Source: Macrostomum hystrix (Eukaryota; Animalia; Platyhelminthes). From it: DNA of 64,000 bases. The stretch is taken from contig CATNEN010000007.1 of NCBI GenBank assembly GCA_950097015.1, positions 13,020,001 to 13,084,000 of the forward strand, given 5' to 3'. The notes below the pieces were generated by a model. The model was not told the origin of the DNA. It ran no database searches and saw nothing but the letters and a program-made list of their open reading frames with translations. The position numbers and the translations under genes are program-made. Shown one piece after another: positions 36,174 to 46,432 of the stretch. Each line of letters begins with the position of its first letter. Position 1 is the first letter of the stretch.

Positions 36174-36709
36174 TCAAAGGACATAAGTATGCAACCCTGA
36201 AGTCCTGAACTCTGCGGCTTCTAAAGTGCAGACTCAAATTTCAGTAGTATGTGTGCACATTCGCTTATTCTATAAAGTTCGCAACATGTTCATGTTCAGA
36301 ATACAATCACTCCTAATCGCTGTTTCGCATCGATATAACCTGTTATATGCCAAGCCTTAAAACTACTTTGCGTTCATTTCATTTCTTATTTCACCTCTCA
36401 GTAGGTCTGCTGCCTCAGTAACTGCAGAGTGCAGCAGCACCTCTCCTGTGCTCAGACCATCAGCTGAAAGTCTCCTGAAAGTCTCCTGAAAGACGATGAC
36501 ATGTAACAGCGCGAGTTGGGTCAGACTAAGAATCGGTTTGAACGCGAGGAAGCAGACAAAGTAGTGAGGAACTTCGCTGAACTCGCTTTGCACGATCTTG
36601 GCTGCCATAGGGCCGCTAACATACGGAGGTTGCGATTGCATGCGCTGGAAAATGACAGGTGCTGTTACGAGACTGCCGGTACTGCGTTGCGCAATGTGAT
36701 CAGTGGGGT

Positions 36710-37195
36710 CTGATTGCTGAGGTTTGATTGATGAATGTGATTGCTGAGGTCTGATGGATGAATGTGATTGCTGAGGTCTGATGGATGAATGTGATTGCTG
36801 ATGTCTGATGGATGAATGCGATTGCTGAGGTCTGATGGATGAATGTGATTGCTGATGTCTGATGGATGAATGCGATTGCTGAGGTCTGATGGATGAATGT
36901 GATTGCTGAGGTCTGATGGATGAATGTGATTGCTGATGTCTGATGGATGAATGCGATTGCTGAGGTCTGATGGATGAATGTGATTGCTGATGTCTGATGG
37001 ATGAATGCGATTGCTGAGGTCTGATGGATGAATGTGATTGCTGAGGTCTGATGGATGAATGTGATTGCTGAGGTCTGATGGATGAATGTGTTTGCTGAGG
37101 TCTGATGGATGAATGTGATTGCTGAGGTCTGATGGATGAATGTGATTGCTGAGGTCTGATGGATGAATGTGATTGCTGAGGTCTGATGGATGAAT
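36710..37195. repeat. 27-bp minisatellite
   Basis: TGTGATTGCTGAGGTCTGATGGATGAA repeated. Confidence 0.95.
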
Positions 37196-37748
37196 TTGGT
37201 TACTGAAATTCAGAATGTGTTTAGCCCAGTTTAAGTTACAATGTTATTGAGTTTATTTTCGAATGTGATTGCTGAGGTCTGATGGATGAATTGGTTACTG
37301 AAATTCAGAATGTGTTTAGCCCAGTTTAAGTGACAATGTTATTGAGTTTATTTTCGAATGTGATTGCTGAGGTCTGATGGATGAATTTGGTTACTGAAAT
37401 TCAGAATGTGTTTAGCCCAGTTTAAGTGACAATGTTATTGAGTTTATTTTCGATTGTGATTGCTGAGGTCTGATGGATGAATTTGGTTACTGAAATTCAG
37501 AATGTGTTTAGCCCAGTTTAAGTGACAATGTTATTGAGTTTATTTTCGAATGTGATTGCTGAGGTCTGATGGATGAATTTGGTTACTGAAATTCAGAATG
37601 TGTTTAGCCCAGTTTAAGTGACAATGTTATTGAGTTTATTTTCGAATGTGATTGCTGAGGTCTGATGGATGAATTTGGTTACTGAAATTTAGAATGTGTT
37701 TAGCCCAGTTTAAGTGACAATGTTATTGAGTTTATTTTCGAATGTGAT
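37165..37748. repeat. ~96-bp tandem repeat, ~6 copies, containing the 27-mer
   Basis: Units start near 37261, 37356, 37452, 37548 and 37644. Confidence 0.93.
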
Positions 37749-38212
37749 AATCCTGATTTTGATAGAATGATGTCGGCTCAAAACTCCGACAGTTAAAAAA
37801 ACGGAAGTCGAAAGTCACTTTTAGCACTTCTATCGTCTAGAAATTATCTTAGTCAATTTCTTATTGCTTATTTATGAAGCGAAAAAATACTAGCTGGTAC
37901 AAATAATGCCAAGGTCCGAGCTCGTATAGCATGTAGCAAACTTAAAACAATGGCCGGATATCACATAAAAAAGCAGTTAGATTTGCATAGGTAGAATTTC
38001 GGGATGCCTACGGAATACCTGTAATTGGTTGATGTTTAATCTTGACAGATTAACAAGAACAGCGTTGGGCCCAATTCGTACTCGTATTTAAATAACAACA
38101 CAGAACATAAGAACCAGAGAGGCATGAAATGGATACTCGATCACTAGAAGACGACAGAGCTATTTCGTGGCCTTGTCTTACTGCGAAGAGTGTTGCATTT
38201 TTAGAATTTTTT

Positions 38213-39272
38213 ATTACTGCCTCATCACCAGCAGGGGACCTTGGCCATCGAAGAAGAGAGAGATCATGATCTTCTTTGTCCACGTCTGCCGAGGCTTCGT
38301 TGGCGAGTTTGAGCCTCGCACACACCACTCAGCGTCTTTCTGCTTGAGCCTCGCACACACCACTCAGCGTCTTTCTGCTTGCCAGCCGACTCAAAAAATG
38401 GCAGCCACGTCTCGTCGCACGTTATGATTTTGTCAAGGAAAGGCTGACCCTCGAGAGTGTAGGCAGCTTGCAGCGCGTGCGCAACCTCGACACGTCGACT
38501 CTTCTGCTCTGGCGTGAGGATGCGGGGAATCCATCGACAGGAGAGGCGGGACAGCCCAAGATCGGTCTTGAGAATCTCGTGCACATATGGATTTGAAAGG
38601 CCAACAGTAGCAGAAAGCCTGCGAAGTGAGCTCTTAGGCGCAGCTTTTACAGCAGCTTCAACAGCGAGAACGCTTTGCAGACGGGCGCGCACCTGCGCCG
38701 GCGTGGAGCCAGATGGGCCAGGCGCGATGTCGTCAAGGGAGGTACGGCCCTCTTTGAACTCGCAAACCCACCGTCGGACAGTCGGTTCGCTTGGCACGGC
38801 CTCTCCTTATGTCGCAACAAGCTCTGCGTGCATGTCAGCCGCATTTGTGCGTCCGCTGTCGATCCAGAAGCGAATGACGCCACGCATTGCTGGTTTGAGG
38901 TCTTGCTTTGAAGCTGATGCCATCTTGTGTTTTTTAGCAATATTTAGCCTGCTGAACGGTTAACTTGTGCCAACTGTTGAACTGATTTGCTTAAACACTG
39001 ATTAAGCAGAGGGATTGCAGGATTGACTGAGATTCGATGCTGCAATTTGCGGCTTTAGACTGCGGCCTATCTTCCGCAGCTAGTGAAATCGCAATTTATG
39101 CCCATAGAGATCACCGCGTGATGGGCCATAACTCAGCAAATAAAAGTGCTAGAGAAAAAAGTCAACACTCATCTAGACCATTGATAGTTTTTCTTTAAGC
39201 TAACTGCTGCTTTAGAGGGTGTTGTAGAAAGTAGTGCCCAAACGATCACCATCCCAGCTAGCACCCCTTGTA
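38213..39272 (-). mobile_element. Truncated, inactive mariner (Tc1/mariner) DNA transposon
   Basis: Transposase starts at ATG 38923 and has an HTH (PSEPTVRRWVCEFKEG), WIPRIL (WVPHEL motif), TCDETW (first catalytic D) and KIMISLFFDGQG. Lesions: premature TAA at 38807-38809, a 35-bp duplication frameshift at 38311-38380, and a missing 3' half. Probable left end TA|TACAAGGGGTG near 39272. Confidence 0.88.
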
Positions 39273-41808
39273 TAATACTCGCAAGCAGCTGCTCCAATGG
39301 TATGCGATCTGTATCCATCGAGGTGCTGTATGCTTGCACTCAGAGGTCTGCTTAATCCTGCTATCTCACGTCGCCTGGTCCACGAGAGACAAGTCCGAAA
39401 CTAGATGACCATGCAGCACGTTGCGGGGAGAAATTCAGGAAGGTCCACGCTGCATCTGACACACCTTCTCAATAAATCAGACCGATGGGCAGCAGGAGCC
39501 TACACAACGTGCAATATGAAGGCAAATATCCTGCTCTGATCCCCGGGGACTCATTAATGTGTCTCTTCTGTCCTCGCTGCTTCGGGCTTCTCTCCATGCC
39601 AGCCTCCCTACTTCCCTCCCTTCGCGGTATTGAATTCCCTGTAGGGTTTGATGGCACTGAAAATTCGCCTCTTGCCCTGCCCTAGCGGACGAAGCCTTGG
39701 GCCAGGCAAAGGATTTGCAAAGCTTTGACAAACTCTGCAAAATATCTCTGGCTCAGCGCCAGCTGCATCTTCGCATTCACCCCTTGTCCAAGAGCCCCGA
39801 GTCTTTCCATGAGAAAAATAGCTTGAAACTTCTGCATTCCTGTCATCCCCTGTTCCGTGCTCGCCAGCGCTTCTTTGATTATCCCATTTTCTTCAGCTGC
39901 GCTTCCTCCGCTACGAATGAAAGACCTTTGTAAGACTCCAACGTCTTTGAAAGACTTTTGTGAGCCCCTGAGCTGCTGCATCCGGCCGTCCGGGTCCCAT
40001 GCCCATTAATTTATTAATACATTGCCCTACGGGAACTTTCTTAGAACCGACTTTCAATCCACTAAAAGCAGTCGTTATGCCGCTTCGATTCTTAAACTTT
40101 GGCCATGCCATTGGACCCAACAGTTTAAACTGCATACAAAAACTATATAAGATTTGCCGGCCATTTTGCTAAATCTCAGAATTCGCAAATTCGAGGCCGA
40201 GGTTCAGGCTCCCTGAAAATTTGATTTGAAACGGCAGCGAGATGGAATACTCCGTGGAAAACTCTAGGACTTTTGTTGACTCGCAAAAGCAAAATTCCCC
40301 TACAACAAGGTGAAGGCAAGACAGCTGGTCCTTTCAGTTTATTCAGCTGATGTGGAACCCCAGTCATTCACTGGAATCTGCAGGAGCATTCTGTATTTCT
40401 GATGAAACGAAACTTCTCAGGGCGTTCCCGAAATATTTGGTGTTGACGTGACTGTCTGTTTTGTCTGACTCTATTTTTAACGAGCATTTTTAAGCATCGG
40501 TTTCATTTTCGCTCGCTATTTTTAGAATGCCGAGCTACTTCTGCTGTGAGGCGTTGCACCTGCACACATATAGAATTATCCTCACTTTCCCCTACGAGCA
40601 TACTAGACTGACGCACCGACTTACGAGCTTATGCACTGGCGCGGAACAAGTGCAGGAAAACTAAGAGTTGAGGGCATGAGTACGAGTAAATCGTGCGGCT
40701 TTAATTAATGAAATCCATAATTCGAGCCCCCCAGAGACTGGTGAGGGCTGACCAGCTGCGCAGCTTCACCAACGCAGCTCAGCATGCAAACCCAACTGGC
40801 TATGAAGGAAGTGTCTGCGAGAAGAACCATCGGCCAGTGGGAGTAGCTACGGACAGAGGGCTGGGGATGCACCTGCAATCACGCTTTCGTTTGCACAGCA
40901 AATCGTTGCCGCGCCTTCTAGTGACTCAGCCGGCTGCACCGGCCCAGCTTCGCGCTTGCGTTCTTCGGCTCGCAATTACAGAAGATTGATTGATCCGCCC
41001 GATACGCAATCGGACCTGATGGGGCACCGAATACTGAGGGGGCTGGGCAGCTGGGATACATTTGTGTATCCGAAATGTGTGCGAAGCACTACTACTGCTC
41101 CCCATTCAGCTGGATTAATGCCGGCATCTAGATGAGGATTGGGATATGTCTGGTGCGGGGCAAAGGGGATCACGATGATGGGCGATAGTGTGAGGGAAGA
41201 ATTTTGGCCGGGGCTGAGCGGCTCATGGCTCCCGGCCGGGTGGGCGGGAGATTCGCTGCGTGGGAACTGGGACGGCCGCGGGCGGAACAATGCCTGATTG
41301 GCATCTCGGATGCCGAGGAAAGGAAGCGGGAACTGCGCCTGAATTACTGTGAGGGACGCAGTGCGGAGAGAGCAGGTGCGGCAGGAGTGACAGGGACTGT
41401 GAGTGGGAAAACTTGGACCAACTATAGGGAGCTGGGAAAGGGGGAAGTGAGTGAATGGGAGGGAGAAAGTTTCCACAGCGGTGTGGCCGGCGTCTGCTTG
41501 GGACAGACAAGGCGGGGGAGGCAGCGGAGCCGGGGAAACCAGCCGACCGACCTGGTTGGTGCAGCGGCGAGTGGTGGGATGAAAGGACTGGGCATGAGAT
41601 GATAGAAAATAGGGATCAGATTTGAGGGTCGGACAGTCATGCAAGTCATCCGAGAGTACCTGCATCGCACTGACATCGCGAACCCAAAACAGTGATTTTG
41701 TGAACCATTGCACAGTCAAGAAGAGCTCTGTAACTCTTGGCTGCCGCGCTCTGCTTGTTAAATAGCCATCTGGCCATTGCCCGTCAGTCTGTGAATTGCT
41801 CGTCAGCG

Positions 41809-43011
41809 ATGTGCCAGCAGGAGGGCCGGCTAGCGACAACCTTCTTGCGGCCGCTGCAGACGCACTTCTTCGTGCCAGATGATGGACATAAGTGCACGCC
41901 GAAGCGTCTGCTAGACTTTTGCCTTGCTCCGGGCCCCGGCGACGATTCAGACGCCAGGGAGTTGCGCGCAGCATCCGAGAGCCTCGTCTGCTCCATGTTC
42001 TGCTCGGTGGAGGCACAGAAACGCTTTTTTCATCTGAAGGTGAAAACTGTGTTCCCGCTGAAGGCCGCGCACCTGCTGTTGCGCTGTCGGTACTTAAGCA
42101 AGGAGAGCAGCTGGAAGGAGCTGGCCTTCCACTCGCGTCTCAGCGTTTGGAGCAAGTGTGATGTCTCCTTGTTCTGGGTGCGCCGGGACCTGATCCAGCA
42201 TGATACCAGCTACCGAGACCGTTACCGAATCCTGGTGGACTTCGACCTGGTCCACTGCGACTGGTTCCCACCCGAAAATCCCTACTTCGCGGATAAGGCC
42301 TGCCAGGTTTACCTGGAGGGCGCAGCGCCAAAGCACCTCCCGGCACTACCCGGCTTTAGAGATGAGCAGCACCACCCTGACTGCAACCTAGTGCTCGTAG
42401 CGGACGACGGCCGGCTGTTTACTCTGGCGGATTTGCTGATCGCCGTGTCCCCGGTGTTCGCCCGGATGCTCAACCGCTGTTCCGAGCTGGACGACGCTGG
42501 CCGGAGGCAACTGCGGCTGCCAGGGAAGTCGGTAGCCGAGCTAGAAGAGCTGCTGCGGCTGCTGCACCCAGCCACACCGCACCGGCTCGGCTTGCAACAC
42601 GCACCGTCCGTGCTGACGCTGGCAGAGGAGTACCAGATCGATCACCTGAAGGAGACTGCAGAGGAGCTCATCATTCACTCCTTCGCTGCTATGCATGACA
42701 GCGAGGCGGCTGCGGCTGCGGCTGATGCTGGTGGCGGTGACGTTCCCTCGGATGTGCTGAACCCACATGGTCAGACATCCTCGAAACTGCTGGACAGCCT
42801 GCGACCCTCAGCCATGGATGGATACGCGCTGGCTCGCATGTACAACTGCCAGCGCCTGGAACAGACGTGCGTACAGCTCCTCATGGACTGGAGCGTGGAG
42901 CAGATCGAGCGTCACCCAGTGTTCAACCGCATGGACAAGGAGGACCGCTGCGCTCTCGCTCTGGCCCGCATGCGCATCATGGAGTCTGTTGCCATTTCTC
43001 GGATTCACTGA
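41809..43011 (+). CDS. BTB/POZ-domain protein, probably MATH-BTB type (putative Cullin-3 adaptor); apparently single exon
   Basis: BTB-like segment DCNLVLVAD..LLIAVSPVFARML..QLRLPGKS..LEELLRLLHP..VLTLAEEYQIDHLKETAE; beta-rich MATH-like N-terminal part; first ATG at 41809; AATAAA at 43111. Confidence 0.75.
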   Translation: MCQQEGRLATTFLRPLQTHFFVPDDGHKCTPKRLLDFCLAPGPGDDSDARELRAASESLVCSMFCSVEAQKRFFHLKVKTVFPLKAAHLLLRCRYLSKESSWKELAFHSRLSVWSKCDVSLFWVRRDLIQHDTSYRDRYRILVDFDLVHCDWFPPENPYFADKACQVYLEGAAPKHLPALPGFRDEQHHPDCNLVLVADDGRLFTLADLLIAVSPVFARMLNRCSELDDAGRRQLRLPGKSVAELEELLRLLHPATPHRLGLQHAPSVLTLAEEYQIDHLKETAEELIIHSFAAMHDSEAAAAAADAGGGDVPSDVLNPHGQTSSKLLDSLRPSAMDGYALARMYNCQRLEQTCVQLLMDWSVEQIERHPVFNRMDKEDRCALALARMRIMESVAISRIH

Positions 43012-44321
43012 TAAGCTACTGCAAGTAGTGCACGATGGCACGGAATCCTCGCCTAATTGCTCACTGACTCACTGTGATTCTTGTAGACGTACTAAGATTT
43101 ATTTATGAGAAATAAACTTTTCCGCGCTCTATGTCTCATGGTGGACCGATCTATTTGATTGTTAGATTGTACGAAGCCATTGTGTCGACTTCCAGAAAGA
43201 TGCGAAATTGGTTCTAACTGCTGCAAAACCCAGTACAGACTGTAGAGTTTATATTCGCGTCAATAAATGCGCTCATTCGCATAAAACAAAAGTGAGCATG
43301 CAAAAACTGGCGCTGAATTTGAGGGCTGTGGGAAGGCGGACTCGAATCCCAGCTAGCTGCAGCACTGCACTGATACGGCTGTAATTCCATTTTGGCAGGG
43401 GCAGGGACAACATCCAGACAGCTCTCCTCAGAAAAGGCACTTCCCTTTGGGCGGACTAACCCCCCCCCAATTAGCAGGCCCCACTTCCCGCTAATTAACT
43501 CTCCGTGGAGCTCGCGTGTCTCTGAGGAATCTCTGCGGCAGCCCCTACCCTGTCACAGCCGCCTGATAAGCCACTCTGCGCAGCCAGGCGTGCCGCCAGG
43601 AGCCGCGCACTGCTGCTTGTTGGGAACAATTCTTCCTTCCTAAGCATGAAGCGGGAGGATCTCGCGGGATTCCGGGATTTGCAACGGCTCCAGAGCTTGG
43701 CTGCTTGTTATCGACTCTCCCGAGACAGGCCGGAGTGGAGCCGCTTCCTTAATCGAATTCCCTAGTGAGTAGCGTGCGTGGAAAGCAGATCTAGGAGCGG
43801 CGGCGAGAGTTCGATTCCGGAGGATTTCGCAGTGCGCGCAGAGGAAGGCAACTTAACAAGCTGCATACACAGCTGTCATGAAAGACTGCTGCGGCGCACT
43901 TGAGTGCCCCAGCGATGCCACAGCCGCATTGGAGAATTCCTGTCTGCACTCTAGTGCTGCTCGAGCGTAGTCATACGAGTAAGGCTTCTCTAGTGACCAT
44001 CTTTTTGTTGTCAAAAGTTATAAAACTGCGGATTTTAACAGCTTTGGAGTGCAGAACATATTCTTGTAACCCATAGATAACTAAAATATACAGAAACATA
44101 CCCGTAGAAAACATGGTTTTTCGGCTCTCGCTCTCGCACACTGTAGCCTAGGGTTTTTCAACTGGCACACTGTAGCCTAGGGTTTTTCAACTGGCACACT
44201 GTAGCCCATGGTTTGTCAACCTTGATGAGCAACTCAACCTTGTCACTCTTATTTCGTCCCAGTTACCGTACATTCTGACCAAGTAGGACTAAGGAAGTCT
44301 AGTGTCAGGGGTTCTAAGGAT

Positions 44322-45170
44322 TGAGGCGGTCCAGTCTGGGGATCTGGGAGTGAGGCGGTCCAGTCTGGGGATCTGGGAGTGAGGCGGTCCAGTCTGGGGA
44401 TCTGGGAGTGAGGCGGTCCAGTCTGGGGATCTGGGAGTGAGGCGGTCCAGTCCGGGGATCTGGGAGTGAGGCGGTCCAGTCTGCGGATCTGGGAGTGAGG
44501 CGGTCCAGTCTGCGGATCTGGGAGTGAGGCGGTCCAGTCTGCGGATCTGGGAGTGAGGCGGTCCAGTCTGCGGATCTGGGAATAAAGCGGTCCAGTCTGC
44601 GGATCTGGGAGTAAAGCGGTCCAGTCTGGCGATCTGGGAGTAAAGCGGTCCAGTCTGGGGATCTGGGGAATGAGGCGGTCCAGTCTGCGGATCTGGGAGT
44701 AAAGCGGTCCAGTCTGCGGATCTGGGAGTGAGGCGGTCCAGTCTGCGGATCTGGGAGTGAGGCGGTCCAGTCTGCGGATCTGGGAGTAAAGCGGTCCAGT
44801 CTGGCGATCTGGGAGTGAGGCGGTCCAGTCTGCGGATCTGGGAGTGAGGCGGTCCAGTCTGCGGATCTGGGAGTGAGGCGGTCCAGTCTGCGGATCTGGG
44901 AGTGAGGCGGCCCAGTCTGCGGATCTGGGAGTAAAGCGGTCCAGTCTGGCGATCTGGGAGTGAGGCGGTCCAGTCTGCGGATCTGGGAATGAGGCGGTCC
45001 AGTCTGCGGATCTGGGAGTAAAGCGGTCCAGTCTGGCGATCTGGGAGTGAGGCGGTCCAGTCTGCGGATCTGGGAGTGAGGCGGTTCAGTCCGGGGATCT
45101 GGGAGTGAGGCGGTTCAGTCCGGGGATCTGGGAGTGAGGCGGTCTAGTCCGGGGATCTGGGAGTGAGGCT
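44322..45170. repeat. 29-bp minisatellite between the convergent BTB and BiP genes
   Basis: GAGTGAGGCGGTCCAGTCTGCGGATCTGG repeated. Confidence 0.96.
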
Positions 45171-46102
45171 ATTTCTCACAGATAAGTGAAACACTGTCAC
45201 ACAGAAGTCATTAAAGAAAGCAAAGCTGAAATGCAATGTTCCAAAGATTTTAGACCGACAAGTCCGTCTCAGCCAACAGTGCGGGCGCAGCTGTATTTTG
45301 CTAATCTCCGAACACAATCGGAGCGGGCAGGCTTCCGCAGGTGCCGCAGTGGAATGGGTGGAGCGGGCCGTGAGCGGCGCCAGTTTAGGTGACAAAGGTA
45401 AAACGCCAAACAGCCTTCAAGAGTAAAGCAAATGACACCGAGAGGGAAAGTGTAAACATTAAATTTTTAATCGCGAGATGCAAATAAAGGCCGGTAAATA
45501 AGCGGATATGGCTAGGCATTGGGCACATCAGCGGGATCAAATGGGACAGTTGGGATGCCAGTAAATTCTGGTTCAGCGACGAGTTGTTCAGACGCGCAGG
45601 GAAATGCTGAAATCAGAGGTTAGGGCTCAGCAATCCGATGTGAGGACAACTCACACTGTCAGTTTGAAGGTGAATAATTTTCATTTGTATCTATGCTAGA
45701 AAATGCACTGACACGGGTGGTGACGGCATTGGCATTTCAACATAAAGAATAATGATTTACTGCTTAACTATCCGAAAAATCTAAATTAAACTTTTGATTC
45801 GAGTGGAACAAAAACTGATAATGAATGCAGTTCAGCTTTGGTTAAATAGGACTAACAGCTGAATTGGTCTCGCCACAGATAACGGGAGACTAACACAGGA
45901 CGCACGGACAAAGCAGAGAACAACGGGCAATGCGACATCGCCTTGATAATAAACCTGTCAAAAAAGAAACATCAGAGAGAAGAAAACGTGAGAATTTATA
46001 CTAACAATAGTTGGAAAGAGCACAAGAATAATGATAATAATTTGTTCTGCGCTATAACATAAATATCTGGGAGCAGGCATGTGGACGGTACATAGGTCCA
46101 GC

Positions 46103-46432
46103 TTATAGCTCCTCCTTGTCTTCGTGCTTCGGCGAGCCGGTCCGCGGCCCGTGCGGCGGCTGCTGGTGCTGCTGGTCCTTCTCAGTCTCGTAGATCTTCG
46201 ACACAAGGGGGGACAGTGTATCCTCCAACTGGCGCTTCTGGCTGTCGAAGTCCGCCTTGGCAGCCTCCTTGTTCTTGTCCAACCAGTCCAGGGTCTTGGA
46301 CACGGCGTCCTCGGCCGCCTTGCGGTCGGCAGCAGATAGCTTGCCGCCCAGCTTGGACTTGTCCTTCAGCTGCTGCCGCATGGAGTACACGTAAGACTCC
46401 AGGTCGCTGCGGGCCTCCACCTTCTCGCGGAT
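46103..46432 (-). CDS. HSPA5: BiP exon 5 (lid, KEEL)
   Basis: [29 protein letters not shown]. Confidence 0.9.
   Translation of the reverse strand: MREKVEARSDLESYVYSMRQQLKDKSKLGGKLSAADRKAAEDAVSKTLDWLDKNKEAAKADFDSQKRQLEDTLSPLVSKIYETEKDQQHQQPPHGPRTGSPKHEDKEEL

Noticed and set aside
36363-36713. Short ORFs downstream of Fat
   Set aside because: No motif or supported splice context.
39300-40135. Short minus-strand ORFs next to the mariner
   Set aside because: No recognisable motif; cannot support a gene or transposon call without a database search.
40976-42016. 346-aa minus-strand ORF overlapping the BTB gene
   Set aside because: Antisense shadow plus low-complexity upstream sequence; no domain.
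43765-43825. B-box-like GTTCGATTCC with a weak A-box (tRNA?)
   Set aside because: No cloverleaf stems could be formed.
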